Shown here: piece by piece, positions 38,479 through 51,660 of the stretch | Layout of the letters: every line of letters begins with the position of its first letter | Position numbering within the stretch: position 1 is the stretch's first letter | Assembly (NCBI GenBank): GCA_051294375.1 | Contig: CM119269.1 | Coordinates: forward strand, 894,272-958,271 | Direction: 5' to 3' | DNA from: Paraspadella gotoi | Lineage: Eukaryota > Animalia > Chaetognatha | Length of the DNA: 64,000 nucleotides | Translations under genes and position numbers: made by a program | The notes under the pieces: generated by a model | The model's input: only the letters and a program-made list of their open reading frames with translations | What the model was told of the DNA's origin: nothing | Databases searched by the model: none

Positions 38479-38833
38479 TCCACTAGTTCTCTTTCAATTC
38501 CCAGATCTTATCCCTCCCCCTGCCCTCATCCTTCGAACCTGAAACATAACCATCGGCGGTTTTTTCGAGCTACTCGACTTCCACAAGAATTTCGCCATGG
38601 CGTCTTCGGGTTCAGCGTCGTTTTTAGCGCCGCCGACGCCGCCGACGCCGCCGCCGCCGACGCGACCCTTGTCGACGCCCACTCCGGCGGTCGCGGAATT
38701 CTCCGGGTCACCATTTTTTAGATCGACGTTCGAGTCAATTACATCCGGTAGACGCGTCCCTTCCGTATGGCGTTGGCGAACTATAATGAAACGGGGGCGG
38801 ATTGCGCTACGTCGGGAAGATTCTCTCTCTCTC

Positions 38834-38880
<47 letters not shown>

Positions 38881-39131
38881 ACTCTCCATCCCTCACCTCT
38901 TCCGTTTTCCTCCTCTTCCTCTTCCCCCTCGGCCTCGTTCTCATGGATTCCTCCTCAGATTCTCCCTCCTCCTCCCCCTCCTCGTCCCCGTCTCCCCCGG
39001 CGCCAATCCTCCGCCGGCGCCGCGACGCCGATTTCGCTTCCGGTTCGGCGCCGGCGCGTTTCGTCGTCGTCATCGTCGTCGTCGGCGTCTGAATGCTCGC
39101 TGCCATCTTGCGATTGCGGGGTTTCGCCAAC
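32648..39131 (-). CDS. ttll5: Tubulin polyglutamylase TTLL5. Exons 38897-39131, 38539-38780, 37992-38250, 37747-37850, 37564-37678, 37337-37439, 32648-37166; probable further 5' exon from 39893, start unresolved
   Basis: TTL-domain motifs matching TTLL5: [96 protein letters not shown]; C-terminal [16 protein letters not shown]. Confidence 0.95.
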
Positions 39132-40378
39132 CTGAGGAATTTCGAATTTGTAATTAGGCACCGATCGATTGATTGATTGATCTATGTATCGAACGAAGTA
39201 CTAAATTGGAGAAATAATGTTGAGGGGACTGCATTGGAGCCATAGAAGAAAATGTGCGTCAATTAAACTAACTATGAAGCTCGAGTGACTCTCAGTGAGT
39301 TTTTATCCTCCTTGTTAGTCAATCTTAACTGATGATATGATTATATCACAGAAACTACGTGCGTTAAACAAACTCTTTTTCACATAAAAAGTTAAACCTA
39401 AATAAACAGATTTTTAAACTTTTTTAGAACAGCAACAAATTGACACTTAATTATTAATTAATCATTATGAGTTTTAAGACAATAAACAATGAAGATTAAA
39501 ATTTTTAAAAAATAGTTAATACCCTCTGTTTACTTCTTTCAATATGAAATCATTTTAGGCATGGCTGAATTTCTTATTCCCACCTTTTATGAAAAGTATT
39601 TAACAATGAAACAAAAAAGGCTATCAAAATACCGTAGATATTCGTTAATATCCTCTTGGGACATTTTGTAAGGATACAATCACGAAGTAGGTAACTCTTT
39701 GAGGGTTTGAAAGAAGTGGCAAACGGTTGAAAATGATGTTATGCTGCTTTTTCTTTTAGTTAAGGCAGAGTTCTAGACGATTCCTGCCACCCGCGTTTTA
39801 AAATTCACGAGATCTATTCTTTCCAGATGGAAACCCTAAATATCCCATTGACAGAACGTCATCCCCCCCAGCAGCACCGTCACCCACTCTACCTGCTCCA
39901 GCTTGGAATCTCGAGATTTGGGGTCCGAGCGACGGCGACTCGAAGGGTCAGACTTGCCGCGTCCAAGTTGAGGCGGACGGCGAAAATATCCCCGTCGTTT
40001 TGGGCGTCACTCGCTCATCGCTTTCTTTCTTTTCTCTCTCTTTCTTTTCTCTTTTTCTCCATCATTTTTTTTTTTGGTTCTTTTTTAAAATTTTTTTAAG
40101 TGTGATTTATTTAGTATAAGTTTTTTTTTTTTTGGTCGTGACACGAGCTGAAAAAAAGATTCGTATTTTGTTTGTTTACAAATTTAAAAATAAAATGTTT
40201 GACGACGAAAGGGAAATCGCCGGTGGCATCAACGGCCGAGGATTCCGAGTCTCTACGGCGATTGCATTTTTTTTTCATTGAGAGAGCAAAAGAGAAAGAA
40301 AGATAGAGAGATAAAGAGAGAGTTATATCGAGAGAGAGAGAGAGAGAGAGCTAGAAAGGAGAAACACGCACCTCCCTA

Positions 40379-40392
40379 GTAACCATGGCGAC
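40379..40392. promoter_or_regulatory. RFX X-box upstream of ttll5
   Basis: GTAACCATGGCGAC (reverse complement GTCGCCATGGTTAC) is close to the GTNRCCATGGYAAC consensus and lies 5' of a ciliary tubulin-modifying gene. Confidence 0.6.
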
Positions 40393-42075
40393 CAGAACGA
40401 ACCGTCTGGAAGACTAAAAATAGACCTGGGAATGAGAGTGAGATATCGGGTTAGTGGAATGGGCGCTTGGGGAATTTTGGAGGAGAAGAAACAGCTGACG
40501 AAAGGGCAAATATAGATGAGATAGATTAGAGATTCGCTTGCTGAAGATACTGGCGGACGTCTCTATTCAGTGGTTTAAGACAATTAAAGACAATTAAAAT
40601 AAAAGCAAAGGATAGCTATTGAGTTGCAGCTATTGTTCAGTTTACGATCTTTATTGGGTAAAAATTTATTCAGTTGGCAGAAACTAATACTCATGATTAA
40701 TGGGGACTTCTATGACAGTGGCAACTGGCAACTGGCAAGGAGGACATCAACGACCGGCGCGACCTTGCAATTCTTTTTTTATCAATATCGTCTTATCTCA
40801 TTTTTTTTGGGGCAAAGTTTCGTGCGCGATTTTTTTTTCTCTACGGGCGACGACAAAGGGAAATGAGAGGAGGTCGTCAGAATGGGCCGGTCCGAGCAAT
40901 GCAAGAGCATGGCATTCATGTTTGACATGGCATGCCAAGACTAGGAAATACTTTTCGTCCCGAGTTTCTTCCTTTTCATTGAGAGAATTAGTACTGTTTG
41001 TCTTTAATCGTACAAACTTGATTTCTCTCTTCGGAAAAAGCGTTTCCGGCGGATTATGTCTTCGTGACGTCCGGCGACTTATTCGGTCCATTGGCTAACA
41101 ATAAATAAAAAAAGAAAAAAAAACCCGGTTACACATGCTATTTTTTTTTGGTTTACACACAACTGAAGATTGGGTGACAAAAAAAGAAGAGGCGACAAAA
41201 TTGTCGCCCAGATTCTTGTTGTTGTTGTTGTTGTTGTTGTTGTTGCTGTTAAATTTGGCTATAATCGGTCGATGTTTACAAAAACAAAGAAGACACATCT
41301 ACGTATATATTATATTCTATTATTATATTATTATATTTCTTTTATTATTATTTATTAGTATTATTATATATTATTATCATAATATTATATGTTTAATACT
41401 ATAATATACACCAAATAAGTATATATAAAGATTAATAAATAAGCCCGAAATAAATGACTTTTACACAACGTCCGAAAAAAAACCAGATCAGACGGGGAGA
41501 AAGGCTTTTTTTTGTCATCAAAACAGTTTTAATAGATTTCGTTTCCAAGCAACGAGTCGAACTTTTCCCTTTTATCTTCCTCTTTAATTTTTGTTCCTTC
41601 TCCTAATGTTCTAGCTAAGCCTCCTCCTCCTCCTCCTCCTCCTCCTCCTCTTCTTTAACTTATCTTCCTTTTTCTAATAAAAAAAAAACTCTTTCTTATT
41701 ACCTTTTTGCTGCCCACTCGCTATAACTGTTACATCCCTCTCCCCATTCATAGAATATTAAATGTTAAATATGACTGGTTATTAATCTTAAAATTTAGAT
41801 ATATAAATCTAACAGTTTATAATCATAGAATATAATTTACTATAGTAGAATAGCCGATTTAGAAATTTTCATTTATTACTTATTAGCAGCCTTTTTCCGA
41901 AAAAAACAAATGACTATCATTTTTTACATCTATCGCGCAGTTTTTAAATACTAAAACTATCGCTAGCTATCGTTAGATTACGGATAGTAATTAAGGCAAC
42001 ATGAAACTTGATGAGACATAAATATATATATATAAAGGTTTCAAATAAATCCTAAATGTTGACAAGTTCCCCCTG

Positions 42076-45000
42076 TCACGTGATCCCCAACGTCTCTCGA
42101 TTCATGTCGCAATTCGTCGCCGTCATCATTTTGCTGTATCGAAATGGAGTCCAGGTCTTCTTGGCTCCGGACGAGACGGGCCCGCGCCCAGCGACCCCCG
42201 ACCCTCCGACGAGGAAAGGCCCGATCCCGAGTCTCGATCTCCAATCGCTCGTCCGCGAAAACCGCTCCTCATCTTCTTCCGCCTTCAGGATGCAGGAGCG
42301 AACGTAGTCGGCGGCGGATTTGCATGCGCAGGAGTCGAAGGCCCTTGGTTCCGCGGGACGGCGCGGGCGGCGTCTTTCTCGTCCGACGCCGGCGCCTATC
42401 CGCTTGGCGTCGTCGGTGACGCACCGACAGGCGTCTCTCACGCAGCGACGCTGAAAGGGAACCGGATCGACCAGTCGACGACAAGTTCTGAGATCGGGGT
42501 GTTTGAAAAATCCGCAGCGACGCTGCGAGCGGACGACGTCGATTACGGCGGCGCCGCGACACGGAGAGCCCCAGGGGACGCCGACGCCATCGACGACTCC
42601 GCCGCAGCCTCGTCGGTGTCGCCGCTTACCGACGCGCCATGCGGCGGTGAAGGAGGCGGCGTCGGCGTAGAGTCCACCGTCGGCGTCGCGTAAGTCGTCG
42701 GCGGCGACCCCGTTGAAGTCGCCGCAGAGTCCGCAGAGTCGCCCGGAGGAGCCGCGCGGCGGGAGAATCTCCACGCGGCCGTCGGAAAGGCGCCACGTGA
42801 CTTTGAAACCGGAAACGGTGCGGACGACGATGGCGCCGTCTTCGGAGAGGACGGAGAGCACGTTGACTTTGAAGAAGGGAAGGGTGATCTGGATGGATGG
42901 AAGATATTTTGATTTATTTATAAATATAGATTTAATCTCATTATTGTTTTTTTTTCATATTTCGATAAAACGATTGATTGATTGCTTGGATAAACGCTCA
43001 CCTTCTTCCTCCTAACCCTGACCACGCCCCCTTCATGGACGCTGACGCGGAACTTTCCGATCTTAACGGCGACGTTGTCCGTCCACCCGAAGTGGTTCGT
43101 CGATTTGGAGGTCGTCGTCATTTTGATCGAGAACCGGGTCGACTTTCGTCGTCCACCCTTGGAAGGGGCGTCGCAGTTTCTCGTCAAGATGTAGGTGCAG
43201 CCGGCGCTCTGGACATCGGTAGAGCGGAGGAAGATGGAAATAGGAAATTGTCTGTCTGTCTTTCTTTCTTTCTTTCTTTATTTCTTTCTTTCTTTCTTTT
43301 TTCTTTGTAATCTTCTTCCACCTGAAAGTTGAACATTTTTCCATCGAAGGTCTCAATCCGCGGATTCCGACCGATCCGGCAGACGGCCTCCTTGAAGACG
43401 CACTTGGGGCAGCACTCGCCGGGGACGCGAGTTCGAACTTCGCCAGGGAAACATCGGGAGACGCTGGAGCAGTCGGTGGAGTGACACCGGATCATCGGCG
43501 TGGGCGAGATGAGACCTGATAGAGCGGAGAATCGGGAATCGGAGTGGAGTTTTGTGAGAAGAAGAATAGATTAAACCGAATCACATCATAAAAGTAACTC
43601 AAAGAATGCTTGAACTGATAAATATACACTCTCCTCTCTCTTCCGAACCTTGAACAAATACAATTATAAAAACCAAAAAAAATTAAAAGTGATTAAAATA
43701 AATGAGATCGTGATTCTACAATCAATCTCATCTCTAAACAATACATACTCAATACTACCTCTAACATCAAATATTCTCCTCTCGTCTCCTCTCTCTCTCT
43801 CTCTCTCTCTTCCTCTCTCTCCTCTCCTCTTCAACTGATAATAAGTATTTCACATTAGAAAAAGTTATAAACAATTGCAGGATTACGATAAAAAATCCTA
43901 ATTTTCTTATATTGAAATGATGTGAGGTTTTGAAATGCTCACTCTTGACGCATGTGCAGTTGGTGCAAAGGCTGGCGCGCCATTTCTCCCCCACTCCGCG
44001 TTCTTTTTGTGAGTCGACGACGCAGACTTCCATTGACGCCGGTCGCTGTTTGACGGCGCACTTGGGGCAGCAATCGGCGCCGCCGTCCGACGACACCGCG
44101 ATTTCCCCGACGCCGCAAACGAGCGTCCGACAAGCGGCGCGACGGCACACGACGGTTCCGCCAACGCAGGCGCACTTGGTGCAGGCGTTGAGGCGCCAGG
44201 CGGCGCCTGATTTGAAAATATGCTTCCGGAAGAGGCAGCGGCCGGGCAAGGCGAAAGCGGAGCGGCTGCCGCGACAGGAGGAGCAGCAGGAGCCGGCGGA
44301 GCGGTGGAAGAAAGATCGTGGACAGTTAAGGACGGGACACTGGAGGCGAGAACAGGAGAGGGAGCCGGAGGTGCAACTGGGGAAGCAAAATGGTTGGATA
44401 CGGTCGAGTAGATGTGCCGCATTTAGAGTTGTTATATATAGCGAACCTACCGGCAAATGAAGCAAGGATCCTCCCTCCAAGTCAGTTCTTCTTTATCCTT
44501 CAAAATCCGGCCATTGATAAAGCAAAATCGACAGACTGGGCAGCACCTAAAAGCGAGAATTGAAATATACAATTATACATAGTAATAAATTCGTTTTATA
44601 ATTTTGAGTTTTCACGATTCTCTTCGCTTCGAACTTTCTGAAGTCTTACTCTCGATCCAAGCCTCACTCTTCAACAGCAGCAGCAGCAGTAGCAGCAAAA
44701 AAAACAACAACTACGAGAAATAAAAAAGCCGCGCATTGACCTGCCCGGTATATGGACGGGATCGTCGCACGGCGCCACGCATCGCTCCCTGGTTCGCGTC
44801 AAAATCCCCGATTGGCAAAAGTTGATTTGGCAGAGATCCAGGTCGTCGCGCCATCTGTGCCCGCTGGGGTAGTTGATGCCCCGGCTGGAGCAGCCTGGCC
44901 GGTCGTATAAAAAAATATATATTTTATACTCGTAGATTTTTTTTTGGTTAACAAAAACGATGATGTTTTTATGAAGCAAAAAAAAAATTAGTCTAATACG

Positions 45001-45736
45001 GCACAAACTCAAATCAAGGAAAGTTCCCAAAGGAGGAAAAAAGTGCGGAATGGATATCAATGTATACGTAACTTAAAAATGTTCACAGTGGAAATTCTCA
45101 CCGGCGCATTTTCGATCGCAACACGAATTCTTGTCCGAGTTTTCGACGACGGCGTGACATCCGTCGAAACTCGTCCCGAAGCAGTCCTCCCTCTCGCATC
45201 TGCGAAGGAATCGTTTCGGTGGCGAAATTTGAAAAGAGAGAAAAAAAAAATGGAGAAAAGAGCAAAGCTATTCGCTTTGGTGACTGCACCTGATGAACCC
45301 TTGGCTGCATCTGCATCGGATGCAGGGATCGACGGAGATGAGAGGAACGTAAACTTCGAGTCCTTCGGCCGCCTCGGAGCAGGACGCCTCGGTGCCCTGG
45401 GAGAATTATATAATATATTATATAATATATATATAATATATATATATAATATAATTATATATACGCCTCGGTGCCCTGGGAGAATTATATAAGTATATTC
45501 AGAAAATTATTAACTCTTGAGAATAGTAATATCTCTTCTTTTAGTATAGTATAGTATTATAATCATACTATATACCTCTCTCTCTCTTCTCCAGGATCTC
45601 TTCTCTCTCTCATGTCTCGCGTCTCCTCTCTTCTCTAAATAGTTACGTCCAAAAACTGTCCGTTCGCTCGTTTGACGGCAGCCAAGAGGACGACGCCGAC
45701 AACGACGATGAGACGATCTCTGAAGCCAGTCTCCAT
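42076..45736 (-). CDS. bmper: BMPER / crossveinless-2 (signal peptide, 5 VWC, VWD, C8). Exons 45647-45736, 45290-45396, 45102-45199, 44741-44894, 44451-44546, 43943-44376, 43322-43515, 43002-43208, 42076-42888
   Basis: Signal METGFRDRLIVVVGVVLLAAVKRANG; VPLISVDPCIRCRC matches the first VWC; tandem CxxCxC...CCPxC repeats; TFDGKMFNFQ and GRLCGLCGDFNG (VWD); CVRDACRC...CAC...DYVRSC (C8). All junctions are in phase. Confidence 0.92.
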
Positions 45737-46544
45737 TTGCGGCGCCGACGGGTCGATTGCAGCGCCGAAATCTTTCCGATTGCCGTGCCGGTGCGTGGCT
45801 CCCTTCTGGTGCCGAAATATTTATCTGATTCGTTTTTGATTTTATAAAAAAAGATTTAACTTTATTTCTTTCGATTTTCGTTTGATTTTTATCGCGAATT
45901 TCGTGTTGAAGAGAAGAGACGAGATAAAATCATCGGATGAAGAGCTTTTCCGTCGGGAGAGAGAAAGAGAACCTTCTTTAACAATCTTTAACGGAAGTCA
46001 CTTGAGATTTTCCTTGTTTCCTTTGGAATGTTTCATTTGGACTGCGCTGTAAAATGCGCGTACTTTCGCGACTTTTTAGTACATCCAAGAATTGATTTAC
46101 TATATTAATTTCTCAAATTATGACGAAAACGCCACCAAAAACATTGATACTTATCACTGAACGATTTTCACAATTTTGTTTGGATTAAAACTTTATTGTT
46201 ATTAAAAATCGAAGTTAGTCACGTTCAATATTTCCGTCCAAACTGATTTGACACGATCGAAAAAATGGGTGCGCTACGATTAATTGTTTTTCAGTGAAAC
46301 ACAAGGATTTTGTTGACATCGAAAAAATCGCCCCTCAAAAATTATTTATTTTTAGTTTTTATGAATTGATTCCGATATATTGTCAATTTTCTTTAGAATT
46401 TAGTATAATATTTTGTTTCTTTCATTTTCGGATTGTCTTGATTCGTTTTGGCTTGAATCGATCCCCAATTTTGTGGCGCCAGACGAAATTCGCTCTCATC
46501 TCGTAAAAAGAGAAATAAAAATCGAGGGTGAGAGTCGGAGAGAG

Positions 46545-46579
<35 letters not shown>

Positions 46580-49001
46580 GGTGAGGATTGGAGTCTGAAC
46601 TTACCCCATTAGCTTGAAGGGTCATCACTTCTTCCCTCTTCCCGGTTCCCCTAGAAATCCATGGCCTCGGGTCCGTCGCGGTATTGTCATCTCGTTTTCC
46701 TCTTCCTCTTCTTCTTCATCCTCGAGATCGTCGCGGGCGGCATTGCTCCTTATCATTGATCTTCGTTCGTCTCGAACCGCGATGTTCCTTACTTTCACTT
46801 CTCTTCATACTCACTCTCTCTTCTCTAATTTTTTCCTTTTATTCTCTTTGCTTTTGTGTTCGAAAAGATCTGGATTCGCAATTGAGATCAGAAGATGCGA
46901 TATCTACCCAGGAAAGCTCCGTCCCACGAAAAAGAGAGGTTGTCTCGAAATGGTTGAAACTCCGCCCTTTTTATTTATCCTCAAATCGGATGCTGCAGGG
47001 AATCTCCCAACACGTTCGTCCATTTCCGACATTCCGCTTGCGGCTTCGAACCTGGACGACTCGTCCCTATCGACGCTTAGAGCTCATTGTTTGGTTCACT
47101 GTTTTTTTGGGGAGTTGAAATAAAGTAAATAGCCGATTGTGAGAATCGTCAGTGATTTTTTATTAAGGGAGTTTATTTCGTATATTGAAAAAAAAAATCA
47201 TTATTAAACGATAAAAATACTAACCTTTAAAAACCTGAGAATAAAGTAAGTTTGTTAATCTTATTGGATCGAAATAGTACTGGCGAAAATAAGGACCACA
47301 CAGATAGCCGATAGGCCGATTGCCGTCTGGAGAAGAAAAAAAAAGAAAAGAGAACAAGGAAGAGCGAAAAAGAGGAGGAGGAAGAGGAGAAAAAAAAAAG
47401 GCAATGGATGGGATTTCCAATTTTCTGGGACGAAGATTCGATCGGCGACGTCGTTATCTAGTTTTACGCGGCAACGCGCAAATCCGATCTCGATCCGCAT
47501 TGAGCAATTTCGATGACAAGGGGTAATCCGTTTTTGGTTGCCTTTGTCATCGTCGTTGTTATTTTCTCGGAGACATTTAATCGCCAACTCCCCAAAAAAT
47601 AATGTCTTTTCTCAATCGATATAGTAGGTAAAATAGTTATTAGTTAATAGGCAATTTTTTTCATAATCATTACACGCGTTAGGGTATTAATTTTTAAATG
47701 CAAATTATCAGGTCTTAAATTGGTTTTTGTTGCTCGTTGTTACAATTAGATAGAACCTAGGAACAACAACAAATGATCGCTGATGAACACAAACCGATAG
47801 ATTTATTGGATTTAAAAAAAGTTCATTGAAAGAATGAATCGAGCGAGCCTCTCGCGTTGCCTCTCACACTTTTCGCCGTGAAAAGAAATTCCTTCGAGTC
47901 GACCGAGACAAACGGGAAAGGATTTCCTGGTCGGCGGCGGCCGTCAAAAGACTCACCGAGGTTAATCCAATAACATCAATCTCCATTCCCTCCATAGGCC
48001 TAAAAAATGCCGAAAAGTCGTAATCATATTCTATTTCTATTTCTCTCTCTCGTCCTCAAATTCATTTAAACATTTCGAGAGAAGCGAGCGCCTTTTGTTG
48101 GTTTTATTCAAATTATATCCGTTAAGCAGCGTTGCGGTCGGTGAGTAGAGAAAAAAAAAACAAAAAACGTTTAATTAATATTTTAATTCAAAACTTCAAA
48201 TCGTAAAAGAAGTACATTCTTGACAGACACCATCGACCAATGACTGTTCTTCGTTAACGAAGGCTGACCAATCAACTCTTTTCCCTTTCCATTCGCTTCT
48301 TTCGCCCAGCCCGCCTCCGTCTTCTCCCACTCGCTCGCCCCTCTCCTCCAACCGACTCTTTCGGCGATGTGGAAACTTGACTTGACTTGACTTAAGGCAT
48401 TCGTCCAACGAGAGACTACCTCACTCTCAAAGCTGTCTAAGATGGGAGACTTGAGACTTGCATTGAGAGGCTGTTGCCAGAATGTTGTTAAAATGGGTGG
48501 GGAAAGATAGAGGAAGAGAGGGAGAGAGGTGGATGGAGGGAGGGGAATTGGAAGGGGAGGAAGAGGGGGAAGGTGACCAGGCGGTGGGCCTGACCCACAT
48601 ATCGGGATTCCACCTTTCGACTTTTCCTTCTCCTTGTTTGATTGAGCCTCCCGTCTCTTTTGCATCCGAAAGGATGTTCCGCTAGCACCGCGTGGAGGTG
48701 AGACGTACTGCTAGCGCGACGTGGAAACGGCGTTCTGTTGGTATCGGCGTCCCAGGCGGAGTCTGCACGGCGCTTATCGTTTATATTCGTCAAAAAAGAA
48801 GAAGAGAAAAAAAATAATTCGACTCGAACGATTTTTCTTTGGTTATGTTTAAACCTAACCATGTCCAAGATATGTCCAATCACTGGCGTTTAGAAAAAAT
48901 GGCAATATAATAGATATTAAATAAATAAATAAATAATTAAAATATAAGAAACGCTTTTCTAGCAATCTAATCTCCGCGATATTTGGTCAATTTCTCTTTA
49001 G

Positions 49002-51205
49002 AATTTCGTATAATATTTTTGCTCTCTTCTCATCTCTTCGCGCGCCATCTGTCCCTTGATCTCGTTTCGGCTTGAATCGATCCCCAGTACCGAGCTCTCG
49101 GGCGATCGCGTCCCCGCCCTTCGATCGGAGACCATCTCCAGTTCGTGCGTCTCGAGTCCTCCGTCGATCCTCAAGCAGCGTTCGGAGACCGGGACTCCTC
49201 GCCGTCGCCCGCACAACGTTGATCCTCTTCAACGCGACGCCGTCAGATTTAAAGAGACCGAGTTCCGGTTCGAGTCTCCGACTGACACTGGTTCCGATCA
49301 GCCTCTTGATTCTTCCGATGACGCGCCTTCTCAGCGTGACCGCCGCAGCCTTTCGCGCGATTCCAGGGGTCGACGCCTGCGTTCCAACAGTCGGCCCGGA
49401 TCGAAAGAAAAGGACGCTTGGAGCGACTCCTCGAGACGGGTGAAAGATTTCGGGGCGTCCGCTAGGGGTTTCGAAGCGACCAGGGGGTGTTGATAATGGT
49501 TTCAGGCTTCAGGACAGCATGCCAGACGGCGTGTACGGGACTAATGATGAATCGGTGACTATGATCGGTAAATATCCGGCAGACCTATCGCCGAAGACCG
49601 TCCAAATGCAATCGGACTTTTGACCGAGCGTGCCTTGCCGTCTGTCGTCGCGAAACACCAATCGTGTGGATGAAGAGCGCAGCCTGATCGACGAAATCGC
49701 AGAATTTGGATTGCCGTTGAGACGCAGTCGGAGCACCTCGTTTGTTGGAGTTGCTCGCGGAAAAATTCCAAGCAGGTAGTGCTCGTCGACTTTTATGTTG
49801 CACGTAATTTTGCACTCTGCATCGGCAGATCGTGGTTCATAACGCTGCCAAGATATCAGAACCAAAAAAAATTAGAATAAAATCAAATTTCATTGCTATA
49901 GACGCCCGAAGTTGCGCCGTGCGGGCGTCACGCGTTACGCAGGCGACCGTCTGCCCGGCTTGCAACAAGAACCTCATCTTCCGACCAAAGAATTCGTCTT
50001 TGTCTAATAAGGACCCAGAGGTCGAGGACAACGACTGCGGCTGTCGCTGAACGTGCCGCGGTTTCTACTGCGGAGGTAATCTTGAGAGAAGGCAAAGAAA
50101 GAGGTCTGTGGACCCAGGTCGTCATTGAGTTTGCCGCGTTTTATTTCGAGATGCAAACTGAGCCAATTACCGTTCCCCTCCCACCTCGCCTTTAAACCCG
50201 GAGCTTGGAAATCCAAAGCAAAAAGCAGAGAACCCTCGCTTCCTCATTCGCGACAAACGCGAAATTTGTCGGGGACGAGCGGCTATCCCACAGACCCGCG
50301 GAACACCGCCATTTCGAACTACAACATGAGAATGTCCGAGTGGAAGAGAGAGACTCTGACGAACCTCTTCCCAACTTTAACTTTTCGCACACTCCTTCGA
50401 GAGATCTTCCCGATGTTCCTGGCAACACTCCCGTCAGCCGCAGTCGAGAATGGAAGATGGCGTCCGAGGCGCCAATTGAGATTTCCAACTCGTCGGAGAG
50501 AACATCGGCGAAGTCGCGTCAACGCAAGGCCAAATATAAAGCGGACAAACACGACAGGATGCCAGCCGTTGTCGAAGCGAGTGCGGGATCAAACCCCGTG
50601 CAAAGCATCGCCTGTCCATTAGATCCGTTGGAGAAGCCCATTGTTAAAGACGGGAGAAAAGCAGGTTTTTAAAAAATAGGTTGGTGGGTAGTTAGTAAAA
50701 CGCTAAGGTTTGTGACCGAAGTTAAAGTTTATTGTACAATGTACTTATGACTACATTTTATTTTCTATAACCATACTGCCTTAATATAGTCTAAATGATC
50801 CCTTGACCAGTAACCCTTCCTTAAACAAATAAACAACCAACTAACCCTAAATCTTTAATCAAAAATTTGTCATGACGCTTTGAGTAAGTGAATCTGACAT
50901 TTGACCTCACTGTTAAAAAGTTTATTTTCATATTGCAAGTAATATACTTTGGGTATCTCTCTCATTGTTCTCTTTCAGATAAAGTCTGTCGCGAGTCGAT
51001 AGTATTCAGCTTCAGAGGAAAAAACGATTATTTGTGGTTGTAGTTGTGGTTCAAAGGTTTTTCCGAACTGTGTCGCCGTCCAGTTTCGCCAGTTTCCAGT
51101 TTGACGATCTCCTTGACAAAAACAGGTCTTCCCAAAATGAGTTTTTCATTTTCTCTCTCTCTTCTTTCCCTCTTTTCTTTCTTTCTTTCTTTCTTTCTTT
51201 CTTTT

Positions 51206-51240
<35 letters not shown>

Positions 51241-51382
51241 CTCTCTCTCTCTCTCTCTCACTATATCTTTTGCCTATCTCATTTCAGACGACGAATTGTG
51301 CTATTGTGACCAATACAAGACGCTAGAGGCAGAAGTTGGAGCAAACTTGGAACTGAATGCTTTCAACAGAGAGGCCAAATAA
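49002..51382 (+). pseudogene. Degraded coding-like region with apparently intact splice phases (strand and product uncertain)
   Basis: GC-rich blocks giving protein-like + frames (49056-49490, 50196-50664, 50979-51125, 51288-51382) joined by in-phase GT-AG introns, but interrupted by TGA 49621, TAA 50193 and TAG 51040 plus frameshifts. Confidence 0.3.
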
Positions 51383-51660
51383 AGTTTGTCGTTGGAATCG
51401 AGACAGTCTGAGGCGGCTCAGTCCCGCACATGTGTCACTCACTTTTAATGTGAATTAAAAATAGAAAATAAAACATATTTCTTTCCCTTCGGAAATTTGC
51501 AAAATTTCTGAACTTGATTCGGTCTAAGTAATGAGTCAAAATTATTTCACTTTAAAATCATTTTAATCTGTATCATTTAAATTGTAAGGAATCACTTATA
51601 CATTATTAATATATCGTAATTTGGCTTGTATAATCTTGAAACATTTTCCCGGTGCGTTTT

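Noticed and set aside
38955-40018. Two in-frame TGA codons in the ttll5 5' exons (40007-40009 and 38955-38957), suggesting stop-codon recoding
   Set aside because: TGA terminates several other genes here and the 1487-codon frame contains none; compensating indels in G-rich runs or a downstream start explain it more simply.
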